60,650 bases of DNA, from NCBI GenBank assembly GCA_963980215.1, contig CAXBYZ010000003.1, positions 1-60,650 of the forward strand, read 5' to 3'. The stretch comes from an uncultured bacterium. GTDB taxonomy: Bacteria; Patescibacteriota; Microgenomatia; UBA1400; CG1-02-47-37. Numbering within the stretch: the stretch's first letter is position 1; every line of letters begins with the position of its first letter. This document shows, one piece after another, positions 1-10,169 of the stretch. The notes under the pieces are model-generated. The model searched no databases, was not told the origin of the DNA, and worked only from the letters and a program-made list of their open reading frames with translations. Made by a program: the position numbers and the translations under genes.

Positions 1-126
1 GGGAAATATAAATTAGATTTTAAACGAGATATTCTTCCCTTTATTTCAAATCAATCAATTATCAAAAATTATCTTGATAGCTACGAGGAAAATTACTCAT
101 TGAAAGTCAAGTATTTATTAACTTGA
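1..126 (+). CDS. possible 3' end of an unidentified CDS entering from upstream of the window
   Basis: Frame 1 is open from base 1 to TGA at 124-126 (...SYEENYSLKVKYLLT*). No motif recognised. It overlaps the stop of the convergent next gene. Confidence 0.25.
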   Translation, partial: GKYKLDFKRDILPFISNQSIIKNYLDSYEENYSLKVKYLLT

Positions 127-1068
127 CAGCCAATTAACCAAATTCTTTAAACCTTCATTCAAGCTCACTTTCGGCTTCCAACCCAATAACTCTTTTGCCT
201 TGGTAATATCGGCATAAGTTTTGACCACATCAGCCGGATGCCGGGGCCTTGAAATTATCTTTAATTTTTTGCCTGTGACTTTTTCTACTAAAGAAATAAA
301 TTGATTTAAAGACACCGGGGTATTATTCCCTAAATTAATTATCTCTAGGTCAAACGGATTTTTAACAGAAAGTATAATTCCCTCAACAATATCATCAATA
401 TAAGTATAATCTCGGCTCGAACTGCCATCCCCAAACTTGGTTACCGGCAAACCTTTTAAGGCTTTATAACAAAAAAGAAACGGAGCCATATCCGGCCTAC
501 CTTTGGGGCCATAAACGGTAAAAAATCGAAGGATAGTTGTGGCCATCCCCGTCTCTTTGGCAAAATGACTACAACTTTTTTCAGCTATCATCTTGGTTTC
601 AGCATAAGGGCTGACTGGTTCTTCTAGCTCATCTGTCTCGCTAAACGGGGTTTTCTCTTGATTACCATAAACACTACTTGAAGAAGCAAAAATAAATTGA
701 CTTACTCGATTCTTCTTAGCCACTTTTAAGAGGTTAATGGTCCCACCCACATTAACTTCATGGTAAAGCTCTGGATTAAGTAACGATGGTCTGACTCCAG
801 CTCTAGCCGCCAGATGAATAATGGTCCCAATCTGCTGTTCTTTAAAAACTTTTTTAAGCAACTCTTTATCTCTGATATCTCCTCGGTATTCAACAAATCC
901 AGAATTATTCTTAAACTCTCTTACATTTTGTTCTTTAGCAACTACATCGTAGTAATCATTATAATTATCAATCCCAACTACCTTATAACCATCTCTAAGT
1001 AACCTTAAGGTTAAGCTCGAACCAATAAATCCAGCATGTCCTGTGACTAAAATTTTTTTAGACTTCAT
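118..1068 (-). CDS. NAD-dependent nucleotide-sugar epimerase/dehydratase (extended SDR, UDP-glucuronate/UDP-glucose 4-epimerase-like)
   Basis: 316-aa ORF with Rossmann motif VTGHAGFIGS and catalytic YxxxK (YAETK). Collinear with extended-SDR sugar epimerases. Confidence 0.85.
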   Translation of the reverse strand: MKSKKILVTGHAGFIGSSLTLRLLRDGYKVVGIDNYNDYYDVVAKEQNVREFKNNSGFVEYRGDIRDKELLKKVFKEQQIGTIIHLAARAGVRPSLLNPELYHEVNVGGTINLLKVAKKNRVSQFIFASSSSVYGNQEKTPFSETDELEEPVSPYAETKMIAEKSCSHFAKETGMATTILRFFTVYGPKGRPDMAPFLFCYKALKGLPVTKFGDGSSSRDYTYIDDIVEGIILSVKNPFDLEIINLGNNTPVSLNQFISLVEKVTGKKLKIISRPRHPADVVKTYADITKAKELLGWKPKVSLNEGLKNLVNWLSS

Positions 1069-2053
1069 CTTCTAATTTCTTCTCAAAGTAAGCTATAGTC
1101 TTTTTCAGCCCTTCATTAAATTTCACTTTTGGACTCCAAGCTAGAATTTTTTTAGCTTTACTTATATCCGGCTTTCTCCTAGAAGGGTCATCTTCCGGCA
1201 AAGGTTCAAACACAATTTTTGATTCAGATTTAGTTATTTTCTTGATCTTTTTAGCTAATTCTAGAATAGTAAATTCTTCTGGATTACCAATGTTAATCAC
1301 TTCACCGCAAGTTTTATCTTTTATCATCGCTTTTTTTAAAACTTCAACCAAGTCATCCACATAACACAAGCTTCTAGTTTGTTCGCCCTTACCATAGACC
1401 GTCATATCCTCACCTTTTAAAGCTTGCAAAATAAAATTCACCATCGCCCGACCATCCCTTGGATCAAGATTTGGTCCATAGGTATTAAAGATGCGAACAA
1501 TTCGAACATCCACCTTAAACTTATTGAGATAAACAAAACTCAAAGCTTCGGCAAATCTCTTGCTCTCATCATAGCAACTTCTCACTCCGTTAGGATTAAC
1601 ATTACCAAAATAATCTTCCGTTTGAGGGTGCACCATCGGATCACCATAGACTTCACTAGTAGAAGCCAGTAAAAACTTGGCATTCTTTTTTCTCGCTAGT
1701 CTAAGTAATTTTCTGGTGCCAATTGAGTTTACATCCATGGTTTCCAATGGATAGGTAATATATGAAATTGGACTACTAGCATTTGGGCTTGCCGGACTGG
1801 CTAAATGAAAAATAAAGTCAATCGATTCATCTGTAACTACATCAGGCAATCTCTCAGTTACATCTGCATTAACCAACAAGAAATTTTTATTCTCAAGCAA
1901 CTCTTCCACATTTTCTCTAGATCCTGTTAGAAAATTATCAACACAAATCACTCTATAATTATCCCTAAGTAAACTCTTACATAAATTTGAGCCAATAAAC
2001 CCAGCGCCTCCTGAAACTAGCGCAGTCTTAACTTTATCTGTCATAATGGTCAT
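1058..2053 (-). CDS. UDP-glucuronate decarboxylase (UDP-xylose synthase)-like SDR
   Basis: Motifs SGGAGFIGSNL, HLASPASP, YDESKRFAE and RIFNTYGP are typical of UXS-type enzymes. The track ORF extends to 2224, but that extension has no homology and overlaps the divergent gene. The likely start is ATG 2053 or 2044. Confidence 0.8.
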   Translation of the reverse strand: MTIMTDKVKTALVSGGAGFIGSNLCKSLLRDNYRVICVDNFLTGSRENVEELLENKNFLLVNADVTERLPDVVTDESIDFIFHLASPASPNASSPISYITYPLETMDVNSIGTRKLLRLARKKNAKFLLASTSEVYGDPMVHPQTEDYFGNVNPNGVRSCYDESKRFAEALSFVYLNKFKVDVRIVRIFNTYGPNLDPRDGRAMVNFILQALKGEDMTVYGKGEQTRSLCYVDDLVEVLKKAMIKDKTCGEVINIGNPEEFTILELAKKIKKITKSESKIVFEPLPEDDPSRRKPDISKAKKILAWSPKVKFNEGLKKTIAYFEKKLEDEV

Positions 2054-2084
2054 TCTAACAGAATTTATATTTATTGTTAAATCT

Positions 2085-2783
2085 ATGCTAGATATTACCG
2101 CCCACATGATTGTTAAAAACGAGGAGAGATGGGTCAAGTTTGCCATCCTCTCGGTTATAGAACAAGTCAAGAGTTTACTTATCTGGGACACCGGCTCCAG
2201 CGATAAAACAGTTGAGCTAATCAAGTCAATTAATTCACCAAAAATTCACTTTAAGCAGATGGGGGAGGTTGATCGAAAAGGTTTAGTAAACTTACGAAAT
2301 CAGCAGATCAAAGTCACCACCACTTCTTGGTTTTTACTGGTTGATGGCGATGAAATTTGGCCCAAGAAAAATCTTAACCAGCTAATCAAGACTGCTACTC
2401 TAGCTAAAACCAATACTCTAGCCCTAGTAAATAAAACCAGAAACTCGATTGGAAACATCTACCACTATCTACCAGAATCTAAAGGTCAATACCGAATTGG
2501 TCCTTGGTCGGGACACCTAAACATCAGATTAATAAAAAACTCTCCCAACTTAAAAGTAGTCGGTAGTTATCCGCAAGAAGCCTATCAAGTAAACGGTATT
2601 TCCCTTCAAGATCAACCGGAAAATCTAGAGTTTATTAACACTTGGTATCTTCACACCACCCACCTCAAGCGAAGTGGTTTCACTCATCAGCTTAATGTAA
2701 TCGATCGTCTTAAAAAAATAAAACTTTTTGGTCCCAGAATTAAACTTAATAAGAATGAAATTCCTGACGTACTTAAGATATAA
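2085..2783 (+). CDS. family-2 glycosyltransferase (small, soluble)
   Basis: N-terminus LDITAHMIVKNEE, then WDTGSSDKT and a DXD-like LLVDGDE. Start moved from the track's 2046 to ATG 2085 to fit the GT2 N-terminus. Confidence 0.7.
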   Translation: MLDITAHMIVKNEERWVKFAILSVIEQVKSLLIWDTGSSDKTVELIKSINSPKIHFKQMGEVDRKGLVNLRNQQIKVTTTSWFLLVDGDEIWPKKNLNQLIKTATLAKTNTLALVNKTRNSIGNIYHYLPESKGQYRIGPWSGHLNIRLIKNSPNLKVVGSYPQEAYQVNGISLQDQPENLEFINTWYLHTTHLKRSGFTHQLNVIDRLKKIKLFGPRIKLNKNEIPDVLKI

Positions 2784-2791
2784 TACTTTCA

Positions 2792-3625
2792 ATGGACTCA
2801 GAAATCTCAGTTATTATCCCAGTCTACAACGAATCAAGTACTATTAGTGGCTGTCTCCATACCCTACTCAAGCAGTCATTGCCCCCCAAAGAGATTATCC
2901 TTATAGATGACGGTTCAACCGACGATACTCTAAGGAAAATAAAAATCAAACAAAAATCTACTAAAAAAATCAAAATCCTCACCCAAGACCATCAAGGCCC
3001 AGCCATCGCTAGAAATTTGGGTGCCAAACAAGCCAAGGGGAAGATCTTAGTCTTTGTAGACGGGGACATGGAGTTTGAACCCTTCTTTTTGGAAAATCTC
3101 ACCGAGCCGATCATCAACAAAAAAGCCCTTGGTACTTGGTCGGGTAACGAATGGGTTAAAAACTGGGATAATATCTACGCTAAGTGCTTCAACTACAACC
3201 AAGGCAGGTCAAGCGCACAGATGGTTGCCCCAGCATCCGGGCAAAGAAAAGTCTATCGAGCCATCTTAAAATCAGAATTTAGAAAAGTTAGTGGTTTTGA
3301 CTCCACTGGCTACACCGACGACTGGACTTTGGTAGAAAAAATCGGTCAAGAGCCCTACATCACTCAAGCAAAGTTTTATCACTCCCATCCGGAGAATCTC
3401 TTGGAGGTCTTTCATCAGGCTGTCTGGATGGGAAAAAGACAATATAAACTAGGTATGATCGGTGCCTTTGTAGCCATTTTACGATCAAATATCATCTTTT
3501 CTTTGATACTTGGCATAATTAAGGCAAGTTACTACAAAACTCCTCAATTTATTATGTTTAAACTAGTTTATGATTTGGGAATCACCTTTGGCGCCTTCAC
3601 CAGTTTATTCGGGAACAAGTACTAG
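2792..3625 (+). CDS. family-2 glycosyltransferase with C-terminal TM helices (polyprenyl-phosphate sugar synthase-like, GtrB/ArnC/DPM1 type)
   Basis: Motifs ISVIIPVYNES, IILIDDGSTDDT and VFVDGDMEF, followed by a hydrophobic C-terminal tail (IGAFVAILRSNIIFSLILGII..., LVYDLGITFGAFTSLF). Confidence 0.75.
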   Translation: MDSEISVIIPVYNESSTISGCLHTLLKQSLPPKEIILIDDGSTDDTLRKIKIKQKSTKKIKILTQDHQGPAIARNLGAKQAKGKILVFVDGDMEFEPFFLENLTEPIINKKALGTWSGNEWVKNWDNIYAKCFNYNQGRSSAQMVAPASGQRKVYRAILKSEFRKVSGFDSTGYTDDWTLVEKIGQEPYITQAKFYHSHPENLLEVFHQAVWMGKRQYKLGMIGAFVAILRSNIIFSLILGIIKASYYKTPQFIMFKLVYDLGITFGAFTSLFGNKY

Positions 3626-3627
3626 AT

Positions 3628-4965
3628 ATGTTTTACGTTTTACTTGGTGCCTTAGTGATAAGATTAATTAACCTCAATCAATCACTTTGGCTAGATGAGG
3701 CCATTCTAGCTCAAGCAATTACTAGCTTAAATCTCCACCAATTATTTAGCCAGTATCTACCCACAGACTTTAATCCTCCTCTAATTTATTTAATTGAATT
3801 AGGTTGGAACAGAATGTTTGGAGTCTCAGAAATATCCTTAAGAATGCCCTCGGTTATCTTTGGGATCCTCACTATTTGGTTTACCTATAAAATTTCCACT
3901 AAGTTAATAGCTAAAAAGTACTCGATTATTCCTCCAATCCTCTTAGCCACCTCCGGGCTTCACACATATTATTCACAAGAAGCAAGAATGTACTCACTAA
4001 CTACACTAGCAGTTGCTATATCAATGTTAGCTATTTTAAATAATCTAAAAAAACAAACTCATCGAATTTCTTACTTTTTTTCAACTTTAACTGCAGTTTA
4101 CACTCACTACTTGGCTTGGTTTATTCTTCCGGCTCAATTTTTCTATTTAATCAAGAATAAATCAACTCAAATAAAGAAATTTATCTTCCTAAATCTTCTA
4201 ATCACACTCTCGTACTTACCTTGGCTGCCAACTTTTTTACAACAACTAAAAAATGGATCTACGGTATCTCAAACAACCTGGGGTAAAGTAATTGGAGGCC
4301 CTGATATAAAGAACTTGCTACTGATTCCCATTAAGTTTCTAATTGGCAGAGTTTCCTTGGATAACAAAATTGTTTACTTTTCACTGTTGTTACTTCCACT
4401 TTTCTTGACCTCATACCTATTTTATCAAGCTAGAAAATTTAAGTTTTTAATTTTTTGGTTCTTTACTCCTCTATTCTTAATCTTCTTGGTTTCTTTTAAA
4501 TTTCCAGTCCTGTCATATTTTCGCTTACTTTTTCTACTGCCGGCTTTTTATCTCATAATTACTCAAGGGATTTTAAAGTTAAAATCAAAATTTCACTACC
4601 CTCTAATAATTTTTATCCTGAGTATTAACTTGGTTAGCTTATCTGCCTATTTATTTATGTCTCGATTTCATCGGGAAGATTGGAAAACCTTGAGTCAAAC
4701 CCTGATTTCAAAGTCTATAAATCAACCAATAGTGATCATCAATGCCGTTTCTTCACCCCTCAAGTACTACTATGCTGGAAATTTACAGGACTATGCTTCC
4801 ATAGATACAAACTCTCTAGGTAATGAATTTTGGCTCATCCCTTATGCTCAAGTCATATTCAATCCCGACTTTAGCTGGGAAAATCAAATTAAATCAAATG
4901 GATTTACAAAAAGTTATGAACAGCACTTTATTGGAGACTTAACTCTGCTAAAATACACTAGATGA
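3628..4965 (+). CDS. polytopic GT-C fold glycosyltransferase (ArnT/PMT family-like)
   Basis: 445-aa multi-TM protein with an N-terminal LWLDEA motif typical of ArnT/PMT-type GT-C enzymes. It starts 2 nt after the GtrB-like gene. Confidence 0.65.
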   Translation: MFYVLLGALVIRLINLNQSLWLDEAILAQAITSLNLHQLFSQYLPTDFNPPLIYLIELGWNRMFGVSEISLRMPSVIFGILTIWFTYKISTKLIAKKYSIIPPILLATSGLHTYYSQEARMYSLTTLAVAISMLAILNNLKKQTHRISYFFSTLTAVYTHYLAWFILPAQFFYLIKNKSTQIKKFIFLNLLITLSYLPWLPTFLQQLKNGSTVSQTTWGKVIGGPDIKNLLLIPIKFLIGRVSLDNKIVYFSLLLLPLFLTSYLFYQARKFKFLIFWFFTPLFLIFLVSFKFPVLSYFRLLFLLPAFYLIITQGILKLKSKFHYPLIIFILSINLVSLSAYLFMSRFHREDWKTLSQTLISKSINQPIVIINAVSSPLKYYYAGNLQDYASIDTNSLGNEFWLIPYAQVIFNPDFSWENQIKSNGFTKSYEQHFIGDLTLLKYTR

Positions 4966-6065
4966 ACATAGGCATAGACATCTCTCAAATTGTTTACCAA
5001 ACCGGGGTCTCTCGCTACACAGTTGAGCTACTTAAACACCTTCTAGTTATTGATCAAAAAAACCACTATTTTTTATATGCAGGGTCACTACGTCAAAAAC
5101 CAATCATCAAATCATTTATCAAACAAATCAAAACAGATAAAGTTACTTCAAAAATTTCCAATCTATCTCCCAAGCTTGCAGATATTTTCTGGAATCAACT
5201 AAACTTACCCGCTCCAAACATAAGTAAAAAACTCGACGTGTTCCACAGCTCCAACTGGGCAATTCCAAAAACAAAAACAAATTTAGTCACCACTATTCAT
5301 GACCTCACTTTTCTTAAGTACCCAAAGAGTCATCTACCCTACTATACAAAAGCACACATCCGTCACTTAGATAGATCTAAAGAATTTTCAAAAATTATTA
5401 TCACCGACTCACTATCTACAAAAAAAGACTTAGTTAACTACGGTATTAATGAAAGTAAAATTAGAGTCGTACATTTAGCCTCTTCAAGTATTTTTAAGCC
5501 AGTTAAGGATCTAAATACAATCAATCAAGTTTTAGATAAGTACAACCTAAGAAAGCCTTTTATTTTATCCGTAGGTACAAATGAACCTAGAAAAAACCTA
5601 AAAAGATTAATCCAAGCCTATCAAGCTTTAAACTTAAAAAAGACAAAACTGGTTTTAGTTGGAAAGTTTGGATGGGGAGAAAAACTTCAAAAGACCAAGG
5701 GGATTAAGTTGCTCGGCTTTGTTCCAGATCAAGACTTAAAAGTTTTATACTCAACTGCTAAAGTTTTTGTCTATCCATCTTTATATGAGGGTTTTGGCTT
5801 TCCCATCCTCGAAGCTCTTTCCTGTGGCTGTCCGGTTATTACCTCAAATGTCTCTAGTTTACCAGAAGTCGGTGGTCAAGCTGCTCTTTATATTAATCCC
5901 CGTTCTGTCAGTAGTATCTCTAAAGCTATCAACACTATCTTAAAAATTTCCCCCCCAGGGTATCAATCTTTAGTGAAAGCTTCACTAAACCAAGCTAAAA
6001 AGTTTTCTTGGACCAAAACCGCCAAAGAAACCCTAAAAGTTTATCAGGAGGCAACTACATGTTAA
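4962..6065 (+). CDS. family-4 (GT-B) glycosyltransferase
   Basis: C-terminal region YEGFGFPILEALSCGCPVITSNVSSLPEV is typical of GT4 retaining glycosyltransferases. Confidence 0.85.
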   Translation: MNIGIDISQIVYQTGVSRYTVELLKHLLVIDQKNHYFLYAGSLRQKPIIKSFIKQIKTDKVTSKISNLSPKLADIFWNQLNLPAPNISKKLDVFHSSNWAIPKTKTNLVTTIHDLTFLKYPKSHLPYYTKAHIRHLDRSKEFSKIIITDSLSTKKDLVNYGINESKIRVVHLASSSIFKPVKDLNTINQVLDKYNLRKPFILSVGTNEPRKNLKRLIQAYQALNLKKTKLVLVGKFGWGEKLQKTKGIKLLGFVPDQDLKVLYSTAKVFVYPSLYEGFGFPILEALSCGCPVITSNVSSLPEVGGQAALYINPRSVSSISKAINTILKISPPGYQSLVKASLNQAKKFSWTKTAKETLKVYQEATTC

Positions 6066-7138
6066 TCGGTATTGATGCTAACGAGGCGAATGTAAAAGAT
6101 AGGGTCGGTAGCAATCAGTTTGCTTATCAAATCTTAAGATCCCTCCATAAGCTAGACAAAGAAAATTCTTACCGTGTTTATCTCAAAGATATTCCACAAA
6201 AAGATCTGCCACCAGAAAACTCAAAATGGCAATATCAAGTTATCAAACCCGGATTTTTTTGGACTCAATGGCGTCTTCCCTTATCTTTATTCATCAATAA
6301 ACCTAGGCCAAAAATATTTCTAACTTTGGGCCACTACGCTCCCAGATTTTCACCCATACCCAGTATCATCTCGATTATGGACCTGGCCTTTTTAAGGTAC
6401 AAAGACAGTTTCAAACCTAAAGACCTAAAAAAATTAACTTCTTGGACCAAGTACTCAAGTAAAAAAGCCGCCCATATTTTTACTATCTCCGAATCAAGTA
6501 AAAATGATATTCGTCATTTTTATAAAATCCCAAACTCTAAAATTTCTGTTATCTACCCGGCTATCACTAGCATAACAACCAAAACAAGCAAACCCTTATT
6601 TAATAATTACTTGCTATACCTTGGCACCCTTCAGCCAAGAAAAAATTTGGATAATCTAATTAAAGCTTTTAGTCACGTCTCTTTAAAATACCCCAAACTA
6701 AAACTAATATTAGCCGGGAAAAAAGGCTGGATGTATCAGTCTTTATTTGATCTAGTTCAAGACCTAAACTTGACCAAAAAAGTTATTTTTACTGGCTACG
6801 TTAAGCCGGTAGATATTCAAAAACTTATTAAATCAGCTAGGCTATTTATTTTACCCTCATTCTTTGAAGGCTTTGGTATTCCAGTCTTGGAAGCTATGTC
6901 TTTGAGAGTTCCGGTTTTAGTGGCAAATAACTCCAGTCTTCCAGAAATAGTAGGGGGTTGTGGTTACTACATCAAAACTCCTTTTGGCCAAAAACAAATA
7001 GAAACAGGTATAATAACTGCATTGTCTGATAACAAAGATCAGGTTGATAAAATTCTAGCGGCTAAAGAAAAATCTTTAGAATTTAGCTGGGATAAATCAG
7101 CCAATAAAATTTTGGAGGTAATCAATGACTTTAATTAA
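6059..7138 (+). CDS. family-4 (GT-B) glycosyltransferase
   Basis: Contains FEGFGIPVLEAMSLRVPVLVANNSSLPEI. AGGAGG at 6046-6051 precedes ATG 6059 (MLIGIDANEA). The track start at 6008 is an in-frame extension inside the previous gene. Confidence 0.85.
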   Translation: MLIGIDANEANVKDRVGSNQFAYQILRSLHKLDKENSYRVYLKDIPQKDLPPENSKWQYQVIKPGFFWTQWRLPLSLFINKPRPKIFLTLGHYAPRFSPIPSIISIMDLAFLRYKDSFKPKDLKKLTSWTKYSSKKAAHIFTISESSKNDIRHFYKIPNSKISVIYPAITSITTKTSKPLFNNYLLYLGTLQPRKNLDNLIKAFSHVSLKYPKLKLILAGKKGWMYQSLFDLVQDLNLTKKVIFTGYVKPVDIQKLIKSARLFILPSFFEGFGIPVLEAMSLRVPVLVANNSSLPEIVGGCGYYIKTPFGQKQIETGIITALSDNKDQVDKILAAKEKSLEFSWDKSANKILEVINDFN

Positions 7139-7727
7139 AGATCGAAACAATCAACCCCTCACTCTTGCTGAAGTTATAAAAAAAATTACAAATCGTTTTT
7201 ATAACTATTACCTAGATTTAAAAATCTCCCTTCTTTGGCTTTTAGGTTTTACTCCCTCACATATAATTAGAAAAATTATTTTCAAACTAGCTGGGATTAA
7301 AATCGGCCGTCGCTCAACTCTTCACATCGGCGCTCGTTTTTATCAACCCAAAAATATCTCTATTGGACAAGGCACTATTATTGGCGATCACGCCACCCTA
7401 GACGGTCGAGCCCAATTAACCATTGGTAATCACGTCGATATTGCTTCAGAAGTTATGATCCTAAATGCCGAGCATGATCTCAGTTCACCAAATTTTAGCT
7501 CCATAGAAGAACCGGTTGAAATCAAAGATTTTTGTTTTATTGGCCCTCGAGCCATTATCTTGCCTGGAGTTACTATTGGTCGGGGAGCGGTCGTGGCTGC
7601 TGGGGCTGTGGTTACCAAAGATGTCCCAGAACTTTCTATTGTTGGCGGGGTTCCCGCCAGAGAAATTACTAAAAGAGATAGTAAAAATTTAAATTATCGC
7701 CTTGGTCGAGCCAGGCTCTTTCAATAA
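7125..7727 (+). CDS. hexapeptide-repeat (LbH) O-acetyltransferase, WcaF/maltose acetyltransferase-like
   Basis: Imperfect hexapeptide repeats (IGQGTIIGDHATLDG..., IGPRAIILPGVTIGRGAVVAAGAVV) ending in IVGGVPAREI. GGAGG at 7114-7118. Confidence 0.8.
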   Translation: MTLIKDRNNQPLTLAEVIKKITNRFYNYYLDLKISLLWLLGFTPSHIIRKIIFKLAGIKIGRRSTLHIGARFYQPKNISIGQGTIIGDHATLDGRAQLTIGNHVDIASEVMILNAEHDLSSPNFSSIEEPVEIKDFCFIGPRAIILPGVTIGRGAVVAAGAVVTKDVPELSIVGGVPAREITKRDSKNLNYRLGRARLFQ

Positions 7728-7729
7728 CT

Positions 7730-8617
7730 ATGGATCTCTCAATCATCATCATCAACTACAAAACTAAAAAAATTACAGCAGACTGTTTAAGATCAATACA
7801 GGCCTCAACAGATAGTTTAAAGAAAGAAGTCATTGTTGTTGATAATGACTCTCAAGATGACTCAGTTGCCTACTTAAAAAAACACTTTCCTTCGTTTAAA
7901 GTCTATTCTTCAGGGGGAAATCTTGGTTTTGCTCGAGGTAATCACTTTGGCTATAAAAAATCTAAAGGAAAGTATCTTTGGTTACTAAACTCAGACACTA
8001 TTTTAAATAAAACCACCATTCAAAGTCTTTATGATTTAGCTATCCAAAATGATTCCAGCATTGCCTCTTGCAGGTTATTAAATAAAGACGGTTCTATCCA
8101 ACCTCAAGGAGGGTTCTTACCAACTCTACCAAAACTATTTTTTTGGATGTGGTTCATAGATGACCTGCCTATCATTAAATTTCTCATCAGACCTTATCAA
8201 CAACAAAGAATTTCTTTTTACAAACAAAACCAACACCCCGGTTGGTTGGGTGGCACCGCCTTACTCATAAAAAGAGAAGTCTATCAAAAGTTAAATGGAT
8301 TAGATAAAAAAATATTTATGTATGGAGAAGATGTTGACTTTTGTCTCCGGGCCAAACAAAAAGGCTTTAAACTTGATTACTTTACCCAGCCATCTTTAAC
8401 TCATCTCGGCCAAGCCAGCGGTTCAAGTAGGGGAGCTGTTTTGGGTGAGTACAAGGGGTTAATATACGTATTCAAGAAGCACAAGCAAGTCTGGCAAACT
8501 CTTGTTTTAAGATTTCTTTTAAAAACCGGAGCCTTACTTAGAATTATTTTATTTGGTTTTCTAAAAGGGGACAATAACAGAAGGGAGATCTATGAAGAAG
8601 CTTTTAAGTTGGCTTGA
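7730..8617 (+). CDS. family-2 glycosyltransferase (rhamnosyltransferase/WbbL-like)
   Basis: Motifs LSIIIINYKT, VIVVDNDSQDDS, LNSDT and MYGEDVDFCLRA. Paralogue of 12763-13662. Confidence 0.8.
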   Translation: MDLSIIIINYKTKKITADCLRSIQASTDSLKKEVIVVDNDSQDDSVAYLKKHFPSFKVYSSGGNLGFARGNHFGYKKSKGKYLWLLNSDTILNKTTIQSLYDLAIQNDSSIASCRLLNKDGSIQPQGGFLPTLPKLFFWMWFIDDLPIIKFLIRPYQQQRISFYKQNQHPGWLGGTALLIKREVYQKLNGLDKKIFMYGEDVDFCLRAKQKGFKLDYFTQPSLTHLGQASGSSRGAVLGEYKGLIYVFKKHKQVWQTLVLRFLLKTGALLRIILFGFLKGDNNRREIYEEAFKLA

Positions 8618-10169
8618 TCAAAACTTGCTTACAGTTCTGGCAGGACTGCTTATAGTCTTTATTCCTCTGTACCCTAAAATACCTTTACTAGATGCGCTTC
8701 CCGGCTACAACGTTCGCATTAGACTTGAAGATGTCTTGATATTTATTACCTTCTTCTACTTTGTCACAAAAGTTTTCTTCAAAAAAATTCTTATCACCAG
8801 ATCACCCCTCTTTAAATTAATCACCTTCTATCTATTCATCGGCCTTTTATCAGTCTTATCAGCCATCTTTATTACCAAAACAATATTTCCAGAGTACCTT
8901 CAGGTTGCTAAAATTTTTCTTCATTGGTTTCGCCGCATTGAGTATTTTTCCTTATTTTTTATCTTCTTCTTTGCTTTAAAAAACAAAAAAAACATTAACT
9001 ACTTTCTTGGTTTAATTGGCATAACCGCTTTAGCTGTTTCTATCTATGGTTTTGGTCAAAAATATTTTTATTGGCCAGGTTACTCCACCATGAATCGAGA
9101 ATTTGCCAAGGGAATTCCTGTCTATCTCACTCAACACGCTCGAATTATGTCCACATTTGGTGGTCACTTTGACCTTGCTGCTTACATCATGCTTACCGTT
9201 ATCCCTCTAACCATTATCGGTTTGTTGGCCAAACAAAAATGGATTAAATACACTTCCTTGTTAATTGCCTTTTTTGAGTACTTTATTCTAGTTCTTTCCG
9301 CTTCCAGAACTTCTTGGATTGCTTACATGGTCGGTATTAATGTGGCCCTACTTCTTCTTCTTTTTAAACAAACTAAAAAATTTGTTTTGACTCGATGGCT
9401 TGGAGTTATGTTTGTTAGCATGCTACTTATGATTACCGTAGGAGAGATGTCAGAAAGATTTGCCCACATTTTTAATCTTGATGGTGTCAAAGATTTAGTT
9501 ACTAAACCATTCAAATCTCAACCTCCAGGTAACTATATTTCTATTGATGATGTTTCTTTTGAAGATCAACTAGGTGTTGTAGCTACAGACTCAGACACTC
9601 CTCCAAGTACCACTAAACCAAAACCAAAGGATGTCTACTACGATCCCTACCAAGACCTTCAAGCCAGGTTAGCCACTGGTTCTGCAGAGGAGGCTAGCGC
9701 TGCTGCCAAAATTAACACCGGTTACTCTCAAAATGCCTTAAAGTATGGACTTTCTGCCGGTATTAGACTAGATGCCTTGTGGCCCAACGCCATTAATGGT
9801 TTTAAGAAAAACCCCTTACTTGGCAGCGGTTACTCTACCTTAACAAAGACAAAAGTTTGGGAGTTTACCTATGCTGAATCCACAGACAACGACTACTTAA
9901 GGTTATTGGGAGAAACTGGGCTACTGGGCTTTCTCTCTTATCTAGCCATTTTTGTCAGTATCTTACAAATTCTTTTTAAGAGCTTTAAAAAGACCAAGGA
10001 CTCTCTTTACTACGGAATTTTTGCCGCCTCTATTGCCATCACCATTGGCTTACTGGTCAACGCAATTTATATCGATGTTTTTGAGAGTTCTAAGGTAGCC
10101 TACACCTATTGGTCAATTATTGGTCTATCTCTAGCCTTAAGCTATCTGCTTGAAAAAAATGAGAAATAA
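8592..10169 (+). CDS. O-antigen ligase/polymerase-like polytopic membrane protein (Wzy_C family-like)
   Basis: 525-aa protein with many TM helices, a large hydrophilic loop (…PPSTTKPKPKD…) and a C-terminal ESTDNDYLRLLGETGLLGF region typical of the O-antigen ligase family. Confidence 0.65.
   Translation: MKKLLSWLDQNLLTVLAGLLIVFIPLYPKIPLLDALPGYNVRIRLEDVLIFITFFYFVTKVFFKKILITRSPLFKLITFYLFIGLLSVLSAIFITKTIFPEYLQVAKIFLHWFRRIEYFSLFFIFFFALKNKKNINYFLGLIGITALAVSIYGFGQKYFYWPGYSTMNREFAKGIPVYLTQHARIMSTFGGHFDLAAYIMLTVIPLTIIGLLAKQKWIKYTSLLIAFFEYFILVLSASRTSWIAYMVGINVALLLLLFKQTKKFVLTRWLGVMFVSMLLMITVGEMSERFAHIFNLDGVKDLVTKPFKSQPPGNYISIDDVSFEDQLGVVATDSDTPPSTTKPKPKDVYYDPYQDLQARLATGSAEEASAAAKINTGYSQNALKYGLSAGIRLDALWPNAINGFKKNPLLGSGYSTLTKTKVWEFTYAESTDNDYLRLLGETGLLGFLSYLAIFVSILQILFKSFKKTKDSLYYGIFAASIAITIGLLVNAIYIDVFESSKVAYTYWSIIGLSLALSYLLEKNEK

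Noticed and set aside
2054-2224. N-terminal extension of the UXS-like ORF. There are similar track extensions at 6008, 17483, 27754, 34214, 35623, 50112, 24654-24689 and 27690-27713.
   Set aside because: The extensions have no homology to the respective families and overlap neighbouring genes or operator DNA. Internal ATGs give family-typical N-termini, often with ATGA or TAATG coupling.
5949-5955. C7 run inside a GT4 gene as a possible phase-variation tract
   Set aside because: The gene is in frame through the run (ISPPGY), and there is no evidence of disruption. A single observation is not enough to support a claim.
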